A stretch of DNA of 64,000 nt from an uncultured Eubacteriales bacterium (GCA_948467645.1 CAOKFD010000003.1:12481-76480); one strand, 5' to 3'. Counted from the stretch's first letter, positions 9,356 through 18,833 are shown. Notes: generated by a model from the sequence alone, not told the origin. Numbers and translations: made by a program.

Positions 9356-9407
9356 AAGAACCGGGACTTCTCTAAGGGCGGTGCCCTGTGCGGAAGTTCC
9401 GGTTCTT
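9356..9407 (+). terminator. rho-independent terminator candidate after the MATE gene
   Basis: 15-bp stem AAGAACCGGGACTTC / GAAGTTCCGGTTCTT with one mismatch, followed by a T-rich run. Confidence 0.6.
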
Positions 9408-9418
9408 TATATGTTTTA

Positions 9419-9451
9419 GGCTCAGGCATGAACTCGAATTCAGCCTGAGCC
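9419..9451 (-). terminator. hairpin downstream of the YitT-family gene
   Basis: 9-bp stem GGCTCAGGC / GCCTGAGCC, 26 nt past the minus-strand stop at 9477. Confidence 0.45.
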
Positions 9452-9476
9452 GCAATATATGCCTGAACCAGCTTGG

Positions 9477-10355
9477 TCAGCAGATGCGTTTGAAATTGCC
9501 CAGCGTTTCGTTTACTTCAGACACGCACGCAAACGTGTCCGGGTAAGCGCTGATTATCTGAGTGAAGCGCGTGATCTGATGCTTGTTTATTACGCAGATG
9601 AGCATTGTCTTTTCGGTGTGCGAATAGCCGCCCTCGGCGCGGATTATCGTGGCGCTATGGCGCAGTTCGCGTATTACCTGATCGGTTATCTCCCTGGGAT
9701 GAGCGGTTATCATTTCCACCTTCAGCGCGCGCTGGCCGCCCTTTAGAATGTTGTCGCTGATGTGCGTCGTGATGAAGCTGTAAATTATGCACAGTGCAAC
9801 CGGCTCGATGTTGAAATCGTATACGAAGTACGACATTATCGCGACGACCGTGTTCATTACGAATATGACCCTCATCATCGAGTATTCGGGGCGGCGCTTA
9901 TGCACAAACGCTGCGATAAAGTCCGTGCCGCCGGTGCTTGCGCCCAGCTTGATCGACGCGCCGTATATAAGGCCGTTTATCGCGCCCGACACGACCGGCG
10001 CGAGCAGCGTGCTCCTGCCGTCGTCGGTGTGATAAATGAAGCGGCTCAGGTCTATCTTTGTCTGAAACAAAAGCAGCGCGCCCGAAAACACAAGCGCGAA
10101 TGCAAACGTCTTCAGCGCGAAATCCCTGTCCACGAATATGAACGCAAGTATCGCCAGCGGGATATTGATTATAAGCGACATATAGCCCACGCTGAAATGA
10201 AACAGGTACTGCACCATGGTTGCGATACCGTTTATGCCCGTCGGTGCGAACGCGTTTTGCAATATGAATATCTGGTAGTTAAGCGCCATCGCCACTGCCA
10301 GAGTCATAATCGCGGCGTATTCCCCCACGCGCCGCACATGCGCATTTGCCATCAT
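9477..10355 (-). CDS. YitT family membrane protein (DUF2179 C-terminal domain)
   Basis: Multi-TM N-terminal part and a C-terminal ITRFTQIISAYPDTFACVSEV region, as in YitT/DUF2179 proteins. AGGAGG sits 6 nt upstream of the ATG at 10355. The ORF is open to 10385. Confidence 0.85.
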   Translation of the reverse strand: MMANAHVRRVGEYAAIMTLAVAMALNYQIFILQNAFAPTGINGIATMVQYLFHFSVGYMSLIINIPLAILAFIFVDRDFALKTFAFALVFSGALLLFQTKIDLSRFIYHTDDGRSTLLAPVVSGAINGLIYGASIKLGASTGGTDFIAAFVHKRRPEYSMMRVIFVMNTVVAIMSYFVYDFNIEPVALCIIYSFITTHISDNILKGGQRALKVEMITAHPREITDQVIRELRHSATIIRAEGGYSHTEKTMLICVINKHQITRFTQIISAYPDTFACVSEVNETLGNFKRIC

Positions 10356-10501
10356 GCTCATCCTCCTTTGAATACCGTTGCCCATTATAGCACTATTTTT
10401 GCAGGTTGTAAATTCATTTTCGCGTTTTTTGACTGTTATCCGTCATTATTTTCTACAGTGTATTGCATTGTGCGTTTAAGGCAATTGTTGGCACGGCCTT
10501 A

Positions 10502-10530
10502 TTGACCCGGTTGTGCTTTGATACTATACT
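10502..10530 (+). promoter_or_regulatory. candidate promoter for the URO-D family gene
   Basis: TTGACC (10502-10507), a 17-nt spacer, then TATACT (10525-10530), 32 nt upstream of the start codon. This is a motif match only. Confidence 0.35.
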
Positions 10531-10562
10531 TACAGTATTAAAAGGCATACGGAGGTGCGGGT

Positions 10563-11567
10563 ATGAACTCAAAGCAGCGCCTTGACGCATACATCGGAGG
10601 TCAGACGGTTGACCGCCGCCCAAATCTTACGATACTCGGCAGCGTCGTGACGCGGTACGGCGGCATCGGCATGGACGAGTGCTGTACCGATTTTAGGCGG
10701 ATGGTCGAATGCGCGCGCAGGGCGGCGCACGATCTGGAGATCGACTATATACAGATAGCCTCCGATCTGGCGCGCGAGGCCGAGGGCTACGGCTCAATAC
10801 TGCGTTTCAGCGCGGATAAGGTGCCCGCCGTCACAAGGTATGCGCTGGACGACATTGGCCAGGCTGATGAGATAAAGCCGCTCCGTGCGCGCGAGATACC
10901 GCGGCTGTTCGATCTGGTCAGGGCTGCAAAGCTGGCGCTGGACGATCCCGATATTTATCCTATGACGCTGGCAGTGGGGCCTATGACCGTGGCGTGCTAC
11001 CTGCGCGGCTTTCGCGAGATTCTGTCTGACCTAAATGCCCGCCCCGACGCGGTGGGCGCACTGCTGGACAAGCTGTGCTTTACCACGCTGGACTTTATCG
11101 ACGAGCTGGCAAATGTGGGTGCGCGGTACATGTACGTCGCCGACCCGGTTGCGTCGGTGGTAACGCCCGAGCAGTATGAACAGATCGTACTGCCGCGCCA
11201 CAGGCGCATATTCGCGCGCATGGAATCCGTCGGCATATGCGGCAGGCTGCACATGTGCGGCGACACGACGCGCATACTGCCCTACTCATGCGGCTGCGGC
11301 GCGCGCATAATCGACGTGGACTCCCCCGTTGACTTGGGCAGGGCAATCGACATCGCGGACGAGCGCTGCATAATCGGCGGCAACATCAGCCCGCGGCGCG
11401 ACGTGCATTCGTGCGGCGCGCGGCATACATACGACGCGATAATGGCGTGCGCGGCCAAGGCGGGCGGCAAACGCGCGCTGTTCATGCCCGGCTGTGAACT
11501 GCCCATCGATACGAAACGCGAGAACATAATGGCGATTGCTCAGGCGCTCAAGGATATTGGGGCTTGA
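10563..11567 (+). CDS. uroporphyrinogen decarboxylase (URO-D) family protein, MtaA/CmuA-like methyltransferase type
   Basis: 334 aa with URO-D fold signatures and an HMCGD ... PGCE Zn-ligand-like pattern typical of methylcobamide:acceptor methyltransferases. RBS is ACGGAGG. Confidence 0.8.
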   Translation: MNSKQRLDAYIGGQTVDRRPNLTILGSVVTRYGGIGMDECCTDFRRMVECARRAAHDLEIDYIQIASDLAREAEGYGSILRFSADKVPAVTRYALDDIGQADEIKPLRAREIPRLFDLVRAAKLALDDPDIYPMTLAVGPMTVACYLRGFREILSDLNARPDAVGALLDKLCFTTLDFIDELANVGARYMYVADPVASVVTPEQYEQIVLPRHRRIFARMESVGICGRLHMCGDTTRILPYSCGCGARIIDVDSPVDLGRAIDIADERCIIGGNISPRRDVHSCGARHTYDAIMACAAKAGGKRALFMPGCELPIDTKRENIMAIAQALKDIGA

Positions 11568-11659
11568 ATGACTGCCTCAAAATAGCCTTACAGACATTTA
11601 CAGGCCGCTCATACGCCCGATTGTGCGCTGAGCAGCCTGTCTTTTATTATGTGTCGGCT

Positions 11660-13528
11660 TTATTTAAGCGGCAGGGCTATCGTTGCGGTAAACACGCCGT
11701 CTTTCTGCTCCGTCATTATGTAACCGTCGTGCTTGCTCATTATCTCGCGCACGATCTGCAGGCCCCAGCCGTGTTCGGACGGCGAATGATTCGGCGATTG
11801 ATTGGCACGCGCGCTGAACATATTCTGGCACACGAACACAAAGAAGTTATTCTTGACCGACAGATCGAGGCCGACGTATGCCTGTTCCGGACTTACTCCC
11901 TCCAGCGCGCGCAGTACGTTGTCGGTTATGTTCATGAACACCGACGAATACTCCTCCTCGGACAGCGGCAGTTCGGGCGGCGCCTGCATACGCTTTACCT
12001 CGACGCGCACTCCGTGCTGGCTCAGCGCGCCCAACTTGCCGTTCAGGATTATGTCCAGCCGCTCGTTCTGGGTGTGTATCAGCGCCGTGCCAGTCTGCAG
12101 CCCGCCAATCAGCTTGTCAAGATAGCCATGCACCGCTTCAATATCGTCCATCTGGCGCAGGGCATAATAGTGGTGTTTGACCTCATGCCTTAATTTATAA
12201 GTATGCTCCTGCTGGTCGCGCAGCAAGCGGTAGCTTTCAAACATCAGCGCGTTGCGCTCGGATGTAATCTGGCGCTGTATAAGGCGCGTACGGTACGCCG
12301 CAGCTTCACGGGTGAGCGCCGCGACAGACGCCGCCGCGAAGCCCGCCTCCTGCAGCCGATACAGAAGCCATGTGGGTTCCGCGCTGCTAAAGCCAACCTG
12401 TATCTGCACCCATGCGTTGGCGCTATTAATCGCCATGCACGCCGCCAGCGCGGGCAATATGGCAATAAGGAACGGGCGCGCGAAGCTGCCGCGCTTTTTA
12501 AGTGCCGGAATCTGCATGAGTATCAGCGCGATAAGGCTGAAAAAGCTCAGGTTTATCAAAAACTGCTCTGCAAGGAATCCGCCCGCGGGCAGTACGCCCA
12601 GCATTGAAAGCACGACGTCCGCCGCGACCAGAATGCACAAGTCGTATCCGATCGCACGACCGCGCGGCGCCTGAAACGCAAGAAACAGCATCAGCGACAC
12701 GATCGAAAACATGCGCGTGGAGAAAAAGTCGAACAGCGTCCCGCCCCACTGAAAATACCACGACAGATCAGAGTCCACCAGTCCGCGCGACATCATAAGC
12801 AGGCTGCAAAGCGACAGAAGCAGCGTTTCCCAATTGGTCTGGCCGCGGAAGATGGACATGATAAAGAATGCCAGAAACGCCGCGCCCAGCAGGTACAGCG
12901 CGAAATTAGGCAGCGCCCACGCAAATCCGCTGGCGATCAGTCCGGACTCATATGCGTTCACGCTTTCAAGCGTGATGGTGCAAAACGTCGCGTCCAGCCT
13001 GCCCGGTATCTCGGGGATGGGCGGTGTCGACTGCACCACGATAAGTTCGCCATTCAGGTAGTCCCATGGCAGAGCCACGTTTATCGTCTCGTATCGGTCC
13101 GACGCAGGCGGCGAAAGCTGGTTTTCGGTCATAAGCTGTTCATACGTAAGATCGGGCCAATCGCTGTAAAGTATCTCGCCGTTCATGAGCACGGCTATAT
13201 TGTCGTTTGCCACGGATATGCGCAGCGATGGCTGCACGATTGATTCGCTCATTACGCGGCGCGCGCGCAATGTCTGGCCGTCATAACTAAGGTCGGCGCA
13301 GGCGCCTACATCCGTTACGTCCAGCGTGCGCTCGACCGTGCCGTCGATTACATAAAACGTCCACCCTTTTTTATCGCCGTCCCACGGTCTGCCGTCGCTG
13401 GATTCCAATAAAAGACTCTTTTGCGACTGACCGGGCGACTGACACACAAATACCAATGCCCATCCGAATACGACCAGCATTACCGCTGCCATCAAAATGC
13501 CGCCGATTCTGACAAGCGTATTTTTCAT
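11660..13528 (-). CDS. sensor histidine kinase, GHKL ATPase, LytTR-partner (HPK10-like) type with a large extracytoplasmic domain and multi-TM receptor module
   Basis: An N-terminal TM segment is followed by an external domain of about 170 aa, about 6-7 TM segments, a LRHEVKHHY H-box-like segment and a C-terminal GWGLQIV G-box. The ATG at 13528 is preceded by GAGGTG. Confidence 0.85.
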   Translation of the reverse strand: MKNTLVRIGGILMAAVMLVVFGWALVFVCQSPGQSQKSLLLESSDGRPWDGDKKGWTFYVIDGTVERTLDVTDVGACADLSYDGQTLRARRVMSESIVQPSLRISVANDNIAVLMNGEILYSDWPDLTYEQLMTENQLSPPASDRYETINVALPWDYLNGELIVVQSTPPIPEIPGRLDATFCTITLESVNAYESGLIASGFAWALPNFALYLLGAAFLAFFIMSIFRGQTNWETLLLSLCSLLMMSRGLVDSDLSWYFQWGGTLFDFFSTRMFSIVSLMLFLAFQAPRGRAIGYDLCILVAADVVLSMLGVLPAGGFLAEQFLINLSFFSLIALILMQIPALKKRGSFARPFLIAILPALAACMAINSANAWVQIQVGFSSAEPTWLLYRLQEAGFAAASVAALTREAAAYRTRLIQRQITSERNALMFESYRLLRDQQEHTYKLRHEVKHHYYALRQMDDIEAVHGYLDKLIGGLQTGTALIHTQNERLDIILNGKLGALSQHGVRVEVKRMQAPPELPLSEEEYSSVFMNITDNVLRALEGVSPEQAYVGLDLSVKNNFFVFVCQNMFSARANQSPNHSPSEHGWGLQIVREIMSKHDGYIMTEQKDGVFTATIALPLK

Positions 13529-13717
13529 TGTATTCACCTCGTCATGTCATTTACAGTTTGTTTCATATTAATATAATCATTTTATCACCTGTTTGTCAAG
13601 TTGCTTTTCCATCTCATGCAAAAAGCCGGCTTTTCATGCAGGTACGCGAGCGTTTTATCATAAACTTATGGTATACTATATTTACTGTACGTAATCTGCG
13701 AAGGAAGTGGGCGCAAT

Positions 13718-14437
13718 ATGAGCACATCCACCGAACCGATCAAAATCGCGATATGTGACGATTCTCATGCCGATCAAAACAGCATACTGACCATGCTGAA
13801 AGCCGTGCTTCAAAGCAGCCGCATTCCCTATACCGCCGAGACGTTTTCCAGCGCTGATGCGCTGTTGTGCGCGCTCGACGGCAGCAGGACTTATCAGCTT
13901 TTCCTGCTGGACGTAGTGATGAGCGGTATGAACGGCATTCAATTGGCGCACCGGCTGCGCGATATGCAGCAGCAGGCGGAGGTCATATTCATTTCCAACG
14001 ACAGGTATATGGCGCTGAAGGGCTATGAGGTGGACGCAGTGCGGTATCTGGAAAAGCCGCTCAGGCCTGAGCCGCTTCAGGAAGCGCTTCGGGCCGCGCT
14101 CGACCGCATGGAGCGCCGTCAGACGATCGTGCTGGCCACGCAAAGCGGCGTGCGCCGGGTATGGCTGAGCGACATAGTATACGCCGAGGCGCAGAACCGC
14201 GGCTGCAAGATTGTACTGACCTCGGGCACGGAATTTGTGCCGGTCAGGTTTGAATCGTTCGTACAGCAGATGGACGAGCGCTGGTTCGAGCGCATACATC
14301 GCTCCTATCTGGCGGCGTACCGGCACATACGCTACATACGGCGGTACGAGGTCGAAATGGACAACGGCGAGATTATACCGCTAAGCAAAAATCGGTATGC
14401 CGATACCTATGAGCGGTTCATACGCTATCTGCAATGA
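13718..14437 (+). CDS. LytTR/AlgR family response regulator
   Basis: REC domain (IAICDDS...FLLDVVMSGMNG) plus a C-terminal LytTR DNA-binding domain (IVYAEAQNRGCKIVL...HRSYL). Confidence 0.9.
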   Translation: MSTSTEPIKIAICDDSHADQNSILTMLKAVLQSSRIPYTAETFSSADALLCALDGSRTYQLFLLDVVMSGMNGIQLAHRLRDMQQQAEVIFISNDRYMALKGYEVDAVRYLEKPLRPEPLQEALRAALDRMERRQTIVLATQSGVRRVWLSDIVYAEAQNRGCKIVLTSGTEFVPVRFESFVQQMDERWFERIHRSYLAAYRHIRYIRRYEVEMDNGEIIPLSKNRYADTYERFIRYLQ

Positions 14438-14506
14438 CCAAATACGCTTTATGGAGCGCCGCATTACAGGCCGCTATTAATGACTCACCTTAAAATATTC
14501 AACTTT

Positions 14507-14542
14507 ATGCCCTGCGCTTATTTATACGAAGGCGCAGGGCAT
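14507..14542 (+). terminator. hairpin after the response regulator gene
   Basis: Perfect 11-bp stem ATGCCCTGCGC / GCGCAGGGCAT. The T-tract is weak. Confidence 0.5.
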
Positions 14543-14673
14543 CTGGCTTATCGCACACCGCCATATAATTGCATATTATTTTAGTAAACAGCGCGAATGT
14601 AAGAAAATCTCCGCTTGACAGCGCTATCCATTTATAATATCATGAAGCCATAATTTAAGGTGGAGGGATTTAC

Positions 14674-15048
14674 GTGCGGCTGATTGCGTATGCGCTGTGT
14701 GTATTGCTGGACGTGCTGGCGTTTGCGTGCTACGACGACGGCAGTATGCCAGGCTGGAACTGCGCTGCCCTGCCGACGATTATCGAATGCATATCCGCGC
14801 CCGGCGTGCCGGACGACGACCCGCCAATCGACCTTAACTGTCCCTCGGCCGCGCGGATACATGCAGCGCTGATCAGCGTGATTCGCCGCACCGTGCGCGC
14901 ACTGTGGGCAGCCGCATACTGCGCGCCGCTGATGCGGATACTTCAATACATACGCGCATTCAGGCCGCGCGTGCGCCGGCAGCGGTTCATATTCTTCATA
15001 TACCCGCCGCGGCTCGCGCCGCCCGAAACAGCATTTTCCTCAGACTGA
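14674..15048 (+). CDS. hypothetical Cys-rich protein (uncertain)
   Basis: GTG start preceded by a strong AAGGTGGAGGGA SD. Third-codon positions are mostly G/C, as in neighbouring real genes. The ORF has a hydrophobic N-terminus and 7 Cys, and ends 30 nt before the decarboxylase beta gene. No family was recognised, and the Arg-rich C-terminus is a caution. Confidence 0.35.
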   Translation: MRLIAYALCVLLDVLAFACYDDGSMPGWNCAALPTIIECISAPGVPDDDPPIDLNCPSAARIHAALISVIRRTVRALWAAAYCAPLMRILQYIRAFRPRVRRQRFIFFIYPPRLAPPETAFSSD

Positions 15049-15078
15049 CACTAATTTACTGTACTGGAGGAGCTTATA

Positions 15079-16170
15079 ATGCTGACATGCCTTGAAAACT
15101 TTTCGGCGCTCACATGGCAGATGGTCGTTATGTGGATTATCGGCGGCGTGCTGATATTCCTGGCTATAAAAAAAGAGATGGAACCCTCGCTGCTTTTGCC
15201 TATGGGCTTTGGCGCGATACTGGTCAACCTGCCCAATTCGGGCGCGGTTGAGGTACTGGAGACGCTCTACAACGCGGGTATAAGCAACGAACTGTTCCCG
15301 CTGCTGCTGTTCATCGGCATCGGCGCGATGATCGACTTCGGGCCGCTGCTTTCCAATCCCAAGATGCTGCTTTTCGGCGCGGCGGCGCAGTTTGGCATAT
15401 TCTTCACGCTGTCGGCCGCGTCGCTGATGGGATTTGATTTGCACGACGCGGCTTCGATTGCGATAATCGGCGCGGCGGACGGCCCCACGTCGATAGTGGT
15501 TGCGAACCATTTTAAGACCAAGTATCTGGGCGCGATAGTCGTTGCGGCGTACTCGTACATGGCGCTGGTGCCGATCGTGCAGCCCTTCTGCATAAAGCTG
15601 ATTACCACCAAGGCCGAACGCAAGATACGCATGAAGTACAATCCCAGTTCAGTATCCAAGATGACGCGCATACTGTTCCCGATACTGGTAACGGCAATCG
15701 CGGGACTGGCCGCGCCCGCGTCGGTGGCGCTGATCGGCTTTTTGATGTTCGGCAATCTGCTGCGCGAATGCGGCGTGCTTAACTCGCTGTCTGAGACCGC
15801 GCAGAAGGTGCTGGCCAACCTGATTACGCTGTTCTTAGGTATTACCGTGGGCGTGCGTATGCAGGCTGAATACTTCCTGCAGCCTGAAACGCTCATGATA
15901 CTGGCGCTGGGGCTGGTGGCGTTCATGTTCGATACGTTTGGCGGCGTGCTGTTTGCCAAGCTGCTCAACCTGTTCCTGAAGGAGAAGATCAATCCCATGA
16001 TCGGCGCGGCGGGCATATCGGCGTTCCCGATGGCTTCGCGCGTGGTGCACAAGCTGGGGCGCGAGGCCGACGACGGCAACTGGCTGCTGATGCACGCGGC
16101 GGGCGCTAACGTGGCGGGTCAGATCGCGTCGGTAATCGCGGGCGGACTGATAATCGCGCTGGTACATTGA
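15079..16170 (+). CDS. sodium ion-translocating decarboxylase, beta subunit (OadB/GcdB/MmdB family)
   Basis: The N-terminus LTWQMVVMWIIGGVLIFLAIKKEMEPSLLLPMGFGAILVNLP matches this family closely. The protein is 363 aa and polytopic. Confidence 0.92.
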   Translation: MLTCLENFSALTWQMVVMWIIGGVLIFLAIKKEMEPSLLLPMGFGAILVNLPNSGAVEVLETLYNAGISNELFPLLLFIGIGAMIDFGPLLSNPKMLLFGAAAQFGIFFTLSAASLMGFDLHDAASIAIIGAADGPTSIVVANHFKTKYLGAIVVAAYSYMALVPIVQPFCIKLITTKAERKIRMKYNPSSVSKMTRILFPILVTAIAGLAAPASVALIGFLMFGNLLRECGVLNSLSETAQKVLANLITLFLGITVGVRMQAEYFLQPETLMILALGLVAFMFDTFGGVLFAKLLNLFLKEKINPMIGAAGISAFPMASRVVHKLGREADDGNWLLMHAAGANVAGQIASVIAGGLIIALVH

Positions 16171-16187
16171 TTTGGGGAGGGCTAAAA

Positions 16188-16367
16188 ATGAGCAATATTG
16201 ATAAGTTTCTGGCCACGCTGCCCATAATGGCGCAGGGCATGGGCGGCATATTCATAGTGATGCTGGTCATATTCCTGCTGATATATGTGCTGAACAAGGT
16301 TACGGCGGACAAGACCGCCCCCGCGCAGGGCGGCGATTCCGACAGTGAATCGCATGTGCGCAGCTAA
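16188..16367 (+). CDS. OadG-like small single-TM subunit
   Basis: 59 aa with MAQGMGGIFIVMLVIFLLIYVLNKV, a TM helix typical of decarboxylase gamma chains. GGGGAGGG sits 6 nt upstream of the ATG at 16188. Confidence 0.6.
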   Translation: MSNIDKFLATLPIMAQGMGGIFIVMLVIFLLIYVLNKVTADKTAPAQGGDSDSESHVRS

Positions 16368-16383
16368 GTAATGTAAGCAAAAT

Positions 16384-16416
16384 CGCGGCTTCCACCTGAA
16401 CAAGATGGAAGCCGCG
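16384..16416. terminator. bidirectional terminator between convergent genes
   Basis: Perfect 11-bp stem CGCGGCTTCCA / TGGAAGCCGCG followed by TCTTTT. Confidence 0.6.
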
Positions 16417-16428
16417 GTCTTTTATGCG

Positions 16429-18621
16429 TTATACGCGCTTAAAGTGCCACATCTGGGAGAAGTCGTCGCCGACCGTCCAGTCGATTATAAGTCCCATGTT
16501 CATCAGCGCCGCGCCGCTTATCACCTGACCGTTATCCACATTTTCGTAATGCGCGTCCGGGTCAAGTCCCGCGAGGCGCACGTTTATGTAGGCCTCCTCA
16601 GGCATTGCTTCGGGCTTATAGAACCATGCCACGAACTCGCTGCCGTCCTCGGCCACGGTCATCCACGCGGTGTGCGGGCCGCTGAACGGGTCGAGCAGGC
16701 GGTAGAACCGGCCATGCTGCACCAGCGCGCGCATGGATTTATACTGCTCTATCTGCCGCGCAACCTCGCAAAGTTCCTCCTCGGACAGGCGGCACAGGTT
16801 CAATTCGTACCCCAGGTTGAACGGGAACGCCACATGGCCGCGGAACGAGAGCGGTTCGGTGCGCTTGAGCTGTTCGTTGGGGCAGATCGACACATGCGAG
16901 GTGGTCATTACCGGCGGGTAGCACAGGCTGGTGCCGTACTGTATTTTCAGGCGGGCTTCCGCGTCGCTGTCGTCGCTGGCCCAGTTCTGCGGGAAGTACG
17001 CCAGCATACCGGGGTCCATGCGCGCGCCGCCCGAGGCGCAATTTTCAAACAGTATGTTCGGGAAGCGCGACGTGATGCGCTCCACCACATCGTACAGGCC
17101 CAGCACGTATCTGTGCATCAGCTCGTCCTGCCTTTCGGGCGGCAGCGAGCAGGTGCCCGGCTCGGTCATGCGGCGGTTGCAATCCCATTTGACGTATTCG
17201 ATGTTGGCCGATTCCAGCACGCTGCATACGCTTTCGACTATGTAATCACGCACTTCGGGGCGGCTGAAGTCCAGCATGAGCTGATGCCGCCATTCGGAAC
17301 GCTTGCGATCCTCGACGTGTATGCACCAGTCGGGGTGCGCGCGGTACAGATCGCTTTCTGGCGAAATCATCTCCGGCTCGAACCACAGGCCGAACTTCAT
17401 GCCCAGCGCGTTTATGTCGCGCGCGAGGCCGTCAAGGCCGTGCGGCAGTTTATGCTGCGCCACGTACCAGTCGCCCAGCGACGAACGGTCGTTGTCGCGA
17501 TGGCCGAACCAACCGTCGTCCAGCACCAGCAGCTCCACGCCCACCTTGGCGGCCTTGCGCGCCATCTCCATGATCTTGTCGTGCGTGAAGTCGAAGTAGG
17601 CGGCTTCCCATGTGTTGAGCAGCACGGGGCGCTCACGGTCGCGCCATACTCCCCTGTATAGCCGCGTGCGGAACGCGTCGTGCAGCTTCTGCGACATGCC
17701 GTTAAGTCCGTTCGGTGAATACGACATCACGGCCTCGGGCGTTTCAAACGTGTCGCCCGGATTCAGCAGCCACGAGAACATGAACGGGTTTATGCCCAGC
17801 TGCACGCGTGCGCTCATGTACATATCGCATTCTACGCGCGCGACGAAATTACCGCTGTAAACAAGGCTCAGACCGTACGCGTCGCCCTGCGTCTCGGTGG
17901 TGTCCTGCTGAACCAGCGCGATGAACGGGTTCTGCTGATGCGAGGATATGCCGCGCGTGCTGTCTATCGACGTCTCGCCGCATTCCAGTTTGCGGCGCAC
18001 TATGTGATGCTCTCGCAATGCCGTACCCGAGAGCTGAAGCATCTCATACGGCGCGTGCTTGAAGTCCATGCTGACGGACAGCGCGCTTTTGAGCGTGACG
18101 GGCGTTTCGCCGCTGTTTGCTATTTCGGCGCGGCGGGTTATCAGGCCGGTTTTCTCAAACACGGTGTAGTACAGCGCGACCTTGAGGCCGGACTTTGCGT
18201 CCTGCATATCAAGGCGCAGGGTCGTGGCCTCGCCGTCCGTCTCGCAATAGAGCGATGGCATACCCTTGAGCGCAGGCTTGCCGGGGATGATTTCGTGGCC
18301 GGTATAGCGCAGGTCGGTCACACAGCTTCCCGCCGCATCGCGCAGGTCGAGCGCGGGCTTGCGGAAGTCGCTGGTGCCATAGGTGGGATATTCAAACGGG
18401 AAGAATTCGCGCAGGAACATGGGATCGTCGGGCTGAAGATTTTCGATCAGCTTTTTACGGCGATAGGGCGCTTCCACGTACCAGCGCACGTCCTCCTCGG
18501 GTACGCGCTTGCCGTAATATACGTGCAGCGGATAGCATCCGCGATATATGTAGATTATGTAGCTTACGTCGGCGGCCGAAATGTGGATAAGGCCTTCGGC
18601 AGGCATATACGTTATCGGCAT
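16429..18621 (-). CDS. alpha-galactosidase, GH36 family (melibiase/raffinose type)
   Basis: 730 aa with KWDCNR and ENCASGGARMD motifs characteristic of GH36, and no signal peptide. RBS is GAGGGGAG. Confidence 0.93.
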   Translation of the reverse strand: MPITYMPAEGLIHISAADVSYIIYIYRGCYPLHVYYGKRVPEEDVRWYVEAPYRRKKLIENLQPDDPMFLREFFPFEYPTYGTSDFRKPALDLRDAAGSCVTDLRYTGHEIIPGKPALKGMPSLYCETDGEATTLRLDMQDAKSGLKVALYYTVFEKTGLITRRAEIANSGETPVTLKSALSVSMDFKHAPYEMLQLSGTALREHHIVRRKLECGETSIDSTRGISSHQQNPFIALVQQDTTETQGDAYGLSLVYSGNFVARVECDMYMSARVQLGINPFMFSWLLNPGDTFETPEAVMSYSPNGLNGMSQKLHDAFRTRLYRGVWRDRERPVLLNTWEAAYFDFTHDKIMEMARKAAKVGVELLVLDDGWFGHRDNDRSSLGDWYVAQHKLPHGLDGLARDINALGMKFGLWFEPEMISPESDLYRAHPDWCIHVEDRKRSEWRHQLMLDFSRPEVRDYIVESVCSVLESANIEYVKWDCNRRMTEPGTCSLPPERQDELMHRYVLGLYDVVERITSRFPNILFENCASGGARMDPGMLAYFPQNWASDDSDAEARLKIQYGTSLCYPPVMTTSHVSICPNEQLKRTEPLSFRGHVAFPFNLGYELNLCRLSEEELCEVARQIEQYKSMRALVQHGRFYRLLDPFSGPHTAWMTVAEDGSEFVAWFYKPEAMPEEAYINVRLAGLDPDAHYENVDNGQVISGAALMNMGLIIDWTVGDDFSQMWHFKRV

Positions 18622-18833
18622 GACTTTCTCCCCTCTTGCAGGCGCGCGGCCCGCAATGCGTTTTTTTGCGATGCTCGCATGAAGTTATTATAATATTGTG
18701 TGCAAGTATTTGCAAGACAATTTGCCAATTTAAGCTGCCCGTCCATGCGCGGCTTGACTTTGCGCGCCGATGGGATGTATACTTTCTTTAGCAAAACAGC
18801 CCGCGCATGTGCGGGGCATACGGAGGTACACCG

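Noticed and set aside
11660-15048. agr-like quorum-sensing locus (LytTR regulator + GHKL kinase + a Cys-containing small ORF as an AgrD-like precursor).
   Set aside because: There is no AgrB-like membrane protease. The kinase has a large external domain unlike AgrC. The 124-codon ORF is far longer than AgrD-type precursors and lacks their amphipathic leader and conserved C-terminal pattern.
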